From the NCBI RefSeq assembly GCF_009914755.1, contig NC_060928.1: DNA of 64,000 nucleotides. One strand, written 5' to 3'. This DNA is from the human T2T-CHM13v2.0 reference genome, Homo sapiens. Below, piece after piece: positions 53,434 through 64,000 of this stretch (positions are counted from its first letter, which is position 1; every line of letters starts with the position of its first letter). Below the pieces are notes generated by a model, which did not search any database, had not been told where the DNA came from, and saw only the letters and a program-made list of their open reading frames with translations. The translations under genes and the position numbers were made by a program.

Positions 53434-55524
53434 TGTCTTAGTCAATCTGGGGTGCTATAACAAAAATACCATAAGTTGGTGGCTTAAACAAAAATTAAAT
53501 TCTCATGGTGCTTATTAGTCCAAGATTAAGAAACCAGCAGATTTGGTATCTGGTGAGGGCTGTCTTCCTGGTTCATAGCCAGCTGTCTTCTCATTGTGTC
53601 CTCACATGGCTGAAAAATTAAATGAACTCTCTGGGGTCTCTTTTATAAGGGTACAAATCTCATTCATGAGGCTCTGCCCTCATCACCTAATCACCTTCCA
53701 AAGGCCCCATCTCTTAATAAGATCACGTCAGAGGGTAAAGTTTCAACATATGAATTTTGAGGGAACACAAACATTTAGATATTGACATTTTGCTCCTGAT
53801 CTCCAAAGTTTATATTCTTCTCACGTGCAAAATACATTTATTCTATCCCAATAACCCCCGAAGTCTTAACCTATTCCAGCATCAACTCTAAAGTCTAAAA
53901 TACAAAGCCTCATCTATTAATAGATATCATCTAAATTAGTAATGAATGAGACTATAATTCATCCTGAAGCAAAATTTCTCTCCAGCTGTGAACCTGTGAA
54001 ACCAAACAAGTTATATGCATTCAGAAAATAGTGTGGGACAGGTATAGGATAGACACGTTTATTCCAAAAGGGATAAACAGGAAGGAAGGAAGGAAGGGGT
54101 ACTGGGTTTCAAGAAAGTCCAAAACTTACTGGGGCAAACTTTATTACCTTTTGAGGCTCAAAAATAATCCTCTTTGGCACGCTACTCCGTCTTCCAGGCC
54201 TACTACAGTGGTAATGTCAGTCCTCTGGCTTGGTAGAGATGGTCCCACAGTGGCTCTCTGCCTTAGCCTTCTGCTGGGGTCCCACAGATCTGTTGGGCTG
54301 GGTCCAATGCCCTTGGCTCACCCAGGCTGAAATCATAGTCCCATGGCTCCAGGTGGTCCTGTGTTTTGAAACCTAGGTGGAGGCAGCTGGGCCCTGAAGG
54401 CTCATGCACTGTGGCCTGTGATGGGAGTTGGCAACCTGATCATCTCTGAATCACCTTCAGAGCTATTCTTCCCTTGTCTTGAGAATAACATCTGGCCTTT
54501 TTTGAGATGACTGATAAATACTAATCTCCTTATCAAATGGACAATTGGCGACATTCATAGTGTTCTCATTTTTTTGCAATATTGGTAGGCTAGGTTTTTT
54601 TTTCAAATCTTTAAGTTCTGCTTTCTTTTTACTGAAAAATTATGTCTTTTAGCCATTTCTCTCTTCTCACATTTCACTGTAATCATAATATAATACAGCA
54701 GCTAAGCTGCTTCCATATTGGCTTTCAGTTGAAGGCAAGCCATACTTTCACCACTTTGCTTAATAATAGCTTCAGCTAAATATCCAATTTCATCACTCAC
54801 ACTTTCCACCTTCTACAAAGCACTAGAGCATGAACACAACTCAGCCAACTTCCTTGTCACTGTGTAACAGGAATCACCTTTCCTCCATTTTCCAACAGCA
54901 TGTTCATTTCTGTCTGAGGCTTCATCAGTATGGTCTTTACCATCCATATTTATACCAACATTCTATTCATGATTACCAAAGTATTCCTTAAGGAGATTGA
55001 GGCTTTCTCTATAGTTTTACTCTTTCCTGATTCCTTATGAGAATCACCTTTAAAGGTCCATTCATAGTATTGTAAATTTTTTTTAAGTTTGCACCTCAGA
55101 ACTCTTCCAGCCTCTAGTCATTATCCAATTTCAAAAGCACTTCTACATTTTTAGGAATTTGTTATAACATCACTTCCATTTCTCAGTACCAATTTCTGTC
55201 TTAGTTTAGGTTGCTATGGCAGCATACTGTACACGTAATGCCTCAGAAGCAACAGAAAGTTATTTCTCAAGTGTTAAAACCCCAAGATTGAGGCAATGGC
55301 ATATTCTAGTTCACAGATGGCCATCTTCTTGCTGTGGTCACATGGGGGGAAGGGGTGAGGGAGCTCTCTGGAGTCTCTCTTATAATGGCACTACTTCCAC
55401 TGAAGAGGGCTCTGCCTTCATGAACTAATCACCTACCAAATGTTTTCCCTCTTCAAATACCATCACATTGGGAATTAGCATTCAGCATATAAATTATGGA
55501 GACATTAACATTCAGTGTGTAGGA
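53434..55524 (-). mobile_element. MLT1A-type MaLR provirus: LTR (53434-53787), internal region (53788-55196), LTR (55197-55524)
   Basis: Two same-orientation LTRs, both beginning tgtcttagt on +. The internal region ends ctcagtaccaatttc (MLT-int 5' start on the reverse strand) and contains tccagctgtgaacctgtgaaacc. Confidence 0.85.
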
Positions 55525-55531
55525 CTTCATC

Positions 55532-57463
55532 AGGATTAAAAGTGATTTACCCACTACTGTTAGATTAGTACAGTATTCTGTATTTTTTTATATATGTATC
55601 TTTACCAGTGAGCTACACACTTTTATGTTCCTCTGTAGCATCTTTCCATTTTATCTTGAGGAACTCCCTTTAGCATTTCTTTGTAAGGTTGGTCTAGTGG
55701 TAGTGAATTCCTTCAGCTTTTGTTTATCTGGGAAAATATTTATCTTTGTTTTTTTTTGAGGAACAGTTTTGCATTATATTATCCTTGGTCAGCTGTTTTT
55801 TTGTTGTTGTTAGTGGGTTTTTGTTGTTTTTGTTGTTGTTTCTTTGTTTGTTTGTTTTTTTCCAGCACTTTGGATGTATTATTCTATTCCTTTCTGGCCT
55901 GCAAGGTTTCTGATAAGAAATCACTTATTCTTATGAAGACTGCCTTCTATATGAAGAGACATTTTTTTTTCTTGCTGCTTTCAAAATCTCCATTTGTGTT
56001 GAACTTTTGACAATTATGCTGTTTCTAGGTGTGGACATCTTTGTGTTCATTCTCATTGTGTCATTTGGACTTCTTGTATCTTGATGATTATTTCCTTCCC
56101 TAGATTTGAGAAGTTTTCAGCCATTATTTATTTAAATAAGATTTGTATCCTTTATGCTCTATCTTCTTCTGGAACATCCATAATGCATATGTTGGTCCAA
56201 TTGATGATGTCCTATAAGTCTCTTAGACTTTCTTCACTGTTTTTCATTCTTTTTTTTTTTCTCTTCGACTCAGTAACTTCAAATGACATGTCTTAAAGTT
56301 CACTGATTCTTCTCCTTGATCAAATCTGCTTCCTCTCATGAATTTTTCAGTTTGGTTATAGCATTGTTTAGCTCTGAATGTCCTGTTTTTTGTTTTATAT
56401 ATTTTCTTTCTCTGTTGAAGTTCTCCTTTTGTTCATTTGTCTGACCTCCTTCATATTTATTTTGAATTCTTTTTCTGATAATTCACATACCTTAATTTCT
56501 TTTGTAACAAATTCTGAAGCCTTATAATGATCCTTTCAGTTGAGCCATATCCCCTCTTTGTTCATGGGTCTTGTAACTTTGTTTTGGTATTCACACTTTT
56601 TAAAAAAACAGCCACATTTCCTAGTCTTTATGGGTAGGTTTTGTACAGGGAAAGACCTTCACTAATCAGCCCAGCTAGAGTTTCTGGAAGTCTTTTAATA
56701 CTTTTCTGTTTCTGTGCACTTACTTGTTTAGATTCTTAATTAGGGGGATTTGGTATTTTTTTTTTTAGTGTATATTCTTTTGTTCTCTCTCTTGTCTATG
56801 CTATATCATGGATTCTGTGAAGTAGCAGCTCCTTTTTTATTGTCAGCAGAGCCCCAGGCATTTAATGTACGTTAGATCTCATCAGTTGGACTAGACTCCA
56901 TTCATTCAGGTAGCCCCCTAAAAAGCCGGAACATTAGTCACTCTCTCCAGTCTTCTCTTTACTCACAGTAGGAGAGGCTGGCGAGCTGTATTGGCCTATA
57001 CAGAGGATCCTCTGGAGTAACAGCAACCCACTCAGGTCTTTTTTATTTTTGTTTTTGTTTGTCCTTGTGGCTCCCAGGCATGTAGTGCTATGTTAGGTCC
57101 CATCAGCACACTGAGACAGGCTAAACAGAAGCCTATTTAGGCAGATGGCCTTAAATATCAGAACATTAAATGTATAGTCCAGTGTTCTCTTTACCTCCCT
57201 AGAAAGAAGCTGGGAGCTGGGACTTTCCTCTCAATCATGTGGTACTGTCCCAGGGGCAGATGCTGTGGCAAGAAGGTGCCACAAGTTTTCCTACAAGATT
57301 TGATCCAGCTAGTTTTGTGCTTTCTTCAGTTGTAACAGCCACTTAACTAGCTTCTGAATTTCTCAAAAAGATAATTTATCTGTATATTGGTGTTGAATTG
57401 GTGTCTGTCTCTGCATGAGGAAGAAGATCTAGAGCTTCCTATTCTGTTATGTTGCTGATGTTA
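55532..57463 (-). mobile_element. Old L1M (L1M3-like) 5'UTR and ORF1, 3'-truncated
   Basis: gaactccctttagcatttc...ggtctagtggtagtgaattccttcagcttttgtttatctggga (antisense ORF1 end); 5' terminus gagcttcctattctgttatgttgctgatgtta. Confidence 0.75.
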
Positions 57464-57499
57464 TTAAGGGCTCTTCATTTTATTGGTACATAATAAATA

Positions 57500-57845
57500 C
57501 CAATTACTAGATTCCAAATCATCTATTGAAGGTATACAGTGAAGAAGTAATTTAGATATAGCAATGAAAATATGTTTCAGAGTTAGAAAAGTATATTAAA
57601 ATATATAAAACTATATAGTCAATGTAAGTTTTGTAAACACATGTAATACTCAGACATGTATGTACATATACTCACATGCATATATTATTACATATGTAGA
57701 GAAGATCCCAGAAAAAAAATCATCAAAATGACAAGACAGAAATATTAGCTAATTTTAATTTCCGTTTTTATGATATTTCATTTTTAAAACATTCTATAGT
57801 CCACAAGAGCTAGTTTTTTCTTTCAAAAACTTAATAAATATGTGT
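57500..57845 (+). mobile_element. L1ME-type 3'UTR fragment
   Basis: Degenerate A-rich sequence followed by the T-rich terminal segment typical of L1ME4-like ends. Confidence 0.35.
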
Positions 57846-59694
57846 TACTTGAAGGAAGAAAGGAGGAAGAAACTGGATTCAAAGAGGACATTTGAAAGGA
57901 AGAATTCTTTAATTACTTTATACCATTAATTCCTACTTTGTCAAGGTCATATTATGATGTGACATTTGTAACTTACTTATTCTGCATGCTGACTGAAACG
58001 TACTGCAGAACAGCTATAACATGGCTTTTAAAAAGGATTAGAGCTAAATTATTCATGCTACAAGCCATATTGAGAGTTGATGGCCCCCAAATTAGAATGC
58101 CAGTACATGAATTTTATGCACGTTTCCTTTCCCTCAGAGAAACAGCTTATACAATTTACTGAATATAGCCACAGGTAAGAAATGCTGATAACATTTCCTT
58201 CTTGAAATGCCAGGTCTTTATAGTGGAGATAAGGAGCAAGATGTTGACGCCTTGCAATTTTATGTGCTAACAAGATGCTTCAGCACAGTATCCAGAGTAC
58301 TGCTTACTATTACCATAAGAAAGACAGGCATTTCTTGACGGATGAAAAGGTTTGATCTCACTGTTCACACAGAACATAATTAAAATACAGATACAAGTGC
58401 TAAATGGCACTGATTCCACATTATTTTTTTAAAAAATATTATTTATCACAGGGTGGGCCAGGGATTACTGAGATTTTGCATGATCTGTGGAGAGAATTGA
58501 CCTTTTTTTCTCTAAATTATAAAAGAAAAATATAAATACATGAATGTAGAACTCTTCTTTTGATTAATAATAAAATAGTAGTTTTGAGATTTTGCATATT
58601 AACTTGAATGCTTAATGAATGATCAGTTAACTACATGTGACAAGCTTAGGCCTCATTCGTCTCAGTTAAGTCAACTATCAGAAATGGCATGAGGCTGAAA
58701 ATACATCTTATTAAGTAAGAAGTTTAGTCTTTAGCATCTAGTCAATGAAATGGCTTGCTCAGAGAATTACGCTGTAGTTCTACACAGCTATACGTGGCCA
58801 ATAGTATTAGAGCTGACACAATACTTATATTACATTTCTTGTCTTCAGTGAAGTTAGACAGCCTGGGAATTTTCCAAGAAAATTACTAGAATGAGATAAT
58901 GTACCAATTTTTTAATTAAGTGCAGTTCTAGAAACTGGAAACAAAATTGAGGAAAACTGCAATCATGCTTATCTGAAATTAGGAAATCTAGCTACAGTAC
59001 TTTTACCAGATACAGAACTTAACACCAAACCTGGATCCGACAGCCTTTGAAATGGGTTTGAATTATATGCATTCAGTAAAAATGCACTGAAAGAGGAGCC
59101 TATCTTTATGGGATGAATTCTTATGCTTGTTGATTGCATCTTCTGTGAACTTCAACCTCGCACACCAATAAAGAATCATTTACATAATAATTTTGGTTTG
59201 TATTATATATGAGAAGATATTCAGGATATACTCAGTGTAGTCTCATTCCACAGACTGGGCAGGAATGCATGAGAAAGCGCAGCGAACTTTCAAACAGCCT
59301 CTGCATAATAAGTTAATGAGGTAGAAAAAAAGATTCCAGACAGTGCTAGCTCTAAGAACAACTCTAAAATAAGAAGAATTTGTCCTTAGTCCATTCTTAT
59401 TCTATTTTTCTATGCCTTTTTTTTTCCTTCAGAAGGTGAAACTTCTTGCCTTGAGCCAGCTGAAAAAGTTCTTCATACAGGCTTAGTCCTCCCAGACAGC
59501 CTCCTATGTTCTGACCTTCATTTTAGTTTTATTAAAATACATTTATTCTGAGCTCTATTTGCTACTTGTGTAAAGGCATTTTGGAATGGAATAAGCTAAA
59601 ATGTTCTTGCTTAAATTATAATGAACTAATATTATAGTTAATTTGTTATGCTCCTGGATAATCAGGAGAGCTTAGGAGTGGAAAGATATATCCA

Positions 59695-60350
59695 ATTATT
59701 TCCACAGGTATTTGCTGAGTATCTGTCACTTCCCCTGCACTGGAGAGGCTTCTGAAAGACTATATAAAACAATTAGCTGCCAACTTCCATAAAAGAGATC
59801 ACAGTTTAATCACAATGCTACATGAATACAATTGAAACATGTGATAGTAGTTTGGTGCTAAAGGAATTCAGAGAAAAGATAAATTTGTGTTGACATGACA
59901 AAAAGTATCTGAAGATGGCAGGATCTGAGTCAGATTTCAGAGGATACCTGTAAGAGAAAGTAAAGTGTTTGTAGGGCACAGGGAGGCCATGAACAGGGGA
60001 GAGTTACCATACATCCCATTTTGTCTGGAATAAACCTAGATATGACTATCGTCCCACTCTAATTTTTAATAGCTTCCCCTTTCACTCTCAGAAATGTCTC
60101 ACTTGCACAATAGATGATACATATTTTCATGAGCAGGGCTTATCAATGGGATAGTGTAGTACCAGGATAACTAAAGGAGAAGTACTTTTGGGGGAATAGA
60201 GGATCATAAGGTTGGACTGGGGGTGTTGAGCCAGGTTATAGGGGCTCCTATATTTAGACATGATGTGGTAGACAAGAGGAAAATAACTTATTTTTCAGTT
60301 GAGTAAATGGCATAATAAAAGTGATCTTGAGAGATTAATCTAGTATAAAG
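59695..60350 (-). mobile_element. L2 fragments surrounding MER94
   Basis: caggtatttgctgagtatctg...gtgctaaaggaattcagaga...atctgagtcagatttcagaggat...gccaggttatagggg. Confidence 0.5.
59998..60130. mobile_element. MER94 (hAT-Blackjack)
   Basis: gttaccatacatcccattttgtctgga...gtccca...taatttttaatagcttcccctttcactctcagaaatgtc. Confidence 0.65.
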
Positions 60351-60939
60351 TGACAATAATGAGTTGCATGTGTATATTTGTCTTTATTGCTTAGACCCTG
60401 GCTTACTTAATACCAAAAGATAGCATAGTCCATGAAGCCTTAAGAAAAGAACATCAACTTTATAGCTATAACTGTATCTTTGTTCAGTTACTTTCTGTCT
60501 TTACATATTTAGCCATGTACCATCTTGAGGACCTTTAAATGATTAGATATTATGAGGAGGGAAATACTAAACGTAATGAAAATATAACACATTGCCTAAA
60601 AATGATGCTATTCCTATTTTTACTGATAGATTTTTAGTGTATAATATACTTTAAAAAATAACTTTTAGAGCCTAGAGTCATGGAGATTATGAAGCCTTCT
60701 ACTCTGGAATCCATCTGCGAATAATTGACAGCGGTATGCAGGAAAATGGGGAGTCATAATCATGTATGAGTAATCCCAACAAAGATGTAAGATACAATAA
60801 GTAGAAGAGAGGAAAAAGAACAAAAATGATTGACTCTCACATATTTCTAGCCATTGATATAAGAAAAATTTTGGTGAGATTCATCAATTTGGGCCATTTA
60901 CAATAAATGCACTGTACATTAACAGGTGGTTTACTTGAA

Positions 60940-61155
60940 CAATAAAAGTGCCACTTGTTGAGCACCTAGTTTATGTGCAGTAATCTTTAAAAAAAAAACC
61001 CTACTAGGCAGTATTAGTGGCCACATTTTACAAGTGAGGGTATAGCAGCTGAAAGTGGTGAACTATCTGGCCCAGTGTCACTCAATAAGTGGAATAGTCA
61101 AGATATAGACTAAGCGGCTTTTCACCTGCAGAGTTCATTCAACCACATCACCCAG
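60940..61155 (-). mobile_element. MIR
   Basis: cacttgttgagcaccta...cattttacaagtgagg...tggcccagtgtcactca...aaccac. Confidence 0.65.
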
Positions 61156-61469
61156 GCATCTCTACACCTGAGGTGAAATATTCAGGCTGGCTAAGACTTT
61201 CAAATATTAAAGAAAGTGTGTTACTGAGAAAGATTTAGGAAACTGGGTTCTCAGAATATTATCAGCAACTTGACAATTAGAACGATTAGGGCAGAATTCA
61301 AGCCTGAAAGATGGTTATGTAACAAATTTTTATAACCGTATGCTAATTTTAGATCTATTTCTTATGAAGAGCTGTAAGAACATGCCAATTGAGGAGACTA
61401 TGTTGACAGAGCACTGCAGTCTATGATAGTCACTTTACTCATTTAATATTATGACTCATGATTCTAAAT

Positions 61470-62985
61470 GATAGAAGCTTATCATGTTGAGCTTCCAAAT
61501 CTTTAAATCCAATATAACATTAGTTAAAATTACAAGTTATTTATTGGAACTTCATAAAATAACTATAGAGTTTCTCTGGAAAAGTAGACATTCATGAATA
61601 ATTATTATAAAATTCTGAGGGAGAAAACCAAAATGAAAGTAATGGCTTGCCTGCCTAGCAAATGTTTCAATATACTTTATAACTCACCTTAACTTAACAA
61701 CATGGCATCACAGCACCAATTCCCAGGTCCAAGTAGAGAGATCAGAAAGATAGGGGAAGAGAAGCATTACAAACCAGGGGTGAATATAAAGATTATTCAG
61801 CAAATTGTGCTGGGCCAAATGACTTACTCGTTGGAAATAAGTAAAATTGTATCCTCAGATCAGTCCTTATAACAAAATACCAGGTGCATAAAATTTTTCA
61901 AAGGTAAAAATGAATCATAAAACTTTCAGAAGAGAGGTACTTGTTTGTTTGTTTTGTATAATCTTGGCATAGGGCATAAAACCCAGAAATAATAAAAAAG
62001 AAAAGACTAAAATATGTTTATAGTATTTCTTTAAAAATTTACATTTGGAAAAATAATTCCATCAGCAAAAATACAAAATTTGGAAAATGCAAAAAGTATA
62101 AATTTCAAAACATACAAACTATTCAATTTGTATATACAAGATGCAAACCAATATCCTTTATATAAGAAAGTACTTATAAATCAGAAGGAAAAGGGTCAAC
62201 ATTCTAGTTTTTTTTAAAGTGTGACAGGTAAGGACAGAATAATGAATAACGTCAATCAAAAGAAAATCAATAAAAATTTATACAATAATGAAGTACTAGT
62301 ATCATTATTGCTATTGCTATCATTATTGCCATTTCATATGCTGTTCAGCTATGAAATCTGCAGAGAATACACAAATTGATAAGACTTGGTATTAGAAATA
62401 TTTGGACAAATCAGAACTATATAGTGTTCATGGGAAGGTAATTTATTGATCAATAATTATAAATATTTAAAATGTTCAAACAATTTGATGTATTAATTTC
62501 GTTAAAAAATTTTTATGGTCATATTCACATAAATAAATATTCCATCATTGCTAATTTTATAAGAAGAAAAAAACATGGAAATGATCTAGATCATAATTTC
62601 TAGGAGACTGTTTAAATAAATGTTATATTCATATAATGAATCACCAGGTGGTCCTTATAAAAGATGAGGTAGAATATTATAAATTAATATTGAAAAATGT
62701 CTACAATATTTTACCAAGTAAAAATATACTACTGTCAGAATATCATATATGGTATAAACTCATGACTTTTTTAAAAAGCATAATCTTATTTAATAGCTTA
62801 AATGCCTATGTTGAGTTAATGAAGAACATATTTGGAATGATATCCTTGCAACACTTAACAGGCTACTTTGAAAAATTGATGGGGGAAGAAGAATTTATGG
62901 AGCATTATGTATTTTACTCTCTATCTAGGTACTATTTTTCTTTTAAATGTTACGTAGATACAATTCATATATGACTCCACCTTTA
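61470..62985 (+). mobile_element. Highly degenerate L1ME-type ORF2 3' region and 3'UTR
   Basis: ttggaacttcataaaataactatagagtttc...cttgcctgcctagcaa...gattattcagcaaattgtgctggg...acccagaaataataaaaaagaaaagact...ctgtttaaataaatgtta. Confidence 0.55.
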
Positions 62986-63719
62986 GATATTGTTTTTTAA
63001 AGTAATATGCCTATAACCATTTTATAATGAAGATAACCTTAAAATAGATTGATTTTATTTTAAATAATAAGTAGATATTAGTTTTTAAATTACTTTTCTT
63101 AACAAATAATAAAAATTTACTGTTATTTTTACATTAAATAAATTGAATTGAATAAATAGAATTAATTATTGAATTTTACACTTTCTCTCTGGGTATATTT
63201 TCTTAACTGTCTACATTTTTTCTTTCTTGATCTCCTAGCAATATTAATATTTTAATTTAAAAGTCTATTTATGGAGAAAAAATTATATATTGCCATATAA
63301 CTTTAAAACGTCATCATCTTGGTAAAATTCTAAAGACTTCTATACAGATATTACATATTGAGATAATATATGTGATAGCGTTATTCATAGCCCGAAAGAT
63401 TTTTTTATTTACTTAAACTGAAATATTAGGCTACAAAATTCATTTAGGTTCTGAGTTCCTGGACTGTATTTATTTTCATAGCATGGCTTATACAACTTCT
63501 AAAGTCATAGTTGTCATGCAATAAATAAATGGTACCCAATGCATTGAAATAGTTAATTAACTTTCATAGGTGAGCAATGCACTCAGGAAGTAGTTTGATT
63601 ACTAGTAAGGCAGCAAAATATTTACAAAGAGCTTTGAACTCTCCTAGTGAACCGGTGATGTCATGTAATCCAACCAGGTGTTTTTGTTTAGTGTTCTTTT
63701 ACTGGTTTATTAGGGAATA

Positions 63720-63761
63720 GGACAGAGAAAGAGAGAGACAGAGAGAGGAGAGACAGAGAGA
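63720..63761. repeat. Imperfect (GA)n/(GACA) purine tract
   Basis: gacagagaaagagagagacagagagaggagagacagagaga. Confidence 0.85.
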
Positions 63762-64000
63762 TCCATAACTTGTAGCCAACATGTAAAAGCAGCTCTCACT
63801 TTCTCAAATAATATGGCATTTGAAAATGAAGCAATCCTTTTTGCTAGGGCACTAAAAATCATAGCTACATCTTTATATATAAATATTTATGAAAAGCTTC
63901 TAAAAAGTGTGGTTCTAATGATCTCATATGTAAGTTTCAATGTCTCACTAAATAATGACATTCAATTATAATCAATTTGCAGTTTTGGTGTTAATTTATA

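Overview
Primate (human-like) nuclear genomic DNA: AT-rich, CpG-depleted and dominated by transposable elements. I can support no protein-coding gene, tRNA, rRNA or CRISPR array. The ORF track reduces to broken L1 ORF1/ORF2 pieces, Alu or microsatellite translations, and short chance ORFs. Main content: a ~9 kb L1MC1-like element with a nested 5'-inverted L1MA; a full-length L1PA15/16-like element; a ~13 kb nest of L1s, ERV pieces and Alus (30.4-43.6 kb); eight Alus; MaLR/ERV LTRs including a two-LTR MLT1A provirus; and old L2, L3, MIR and DNA-transposon fossils. Subfamily names come from my recall of consensus sequences, not a database search, and the boundaries of old elements are approximate. 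I found no evidence for a new biological system. The most notable signals are mechanistic fossils: an LTR 3' end retroposed with poly(A) and TSDs, two twin-priming inversions, a possible micro 3' transduction, a large AT-rich palindrome, a perfect 34-bp tandem duplication, and a few candidate regulatory or splice sites.
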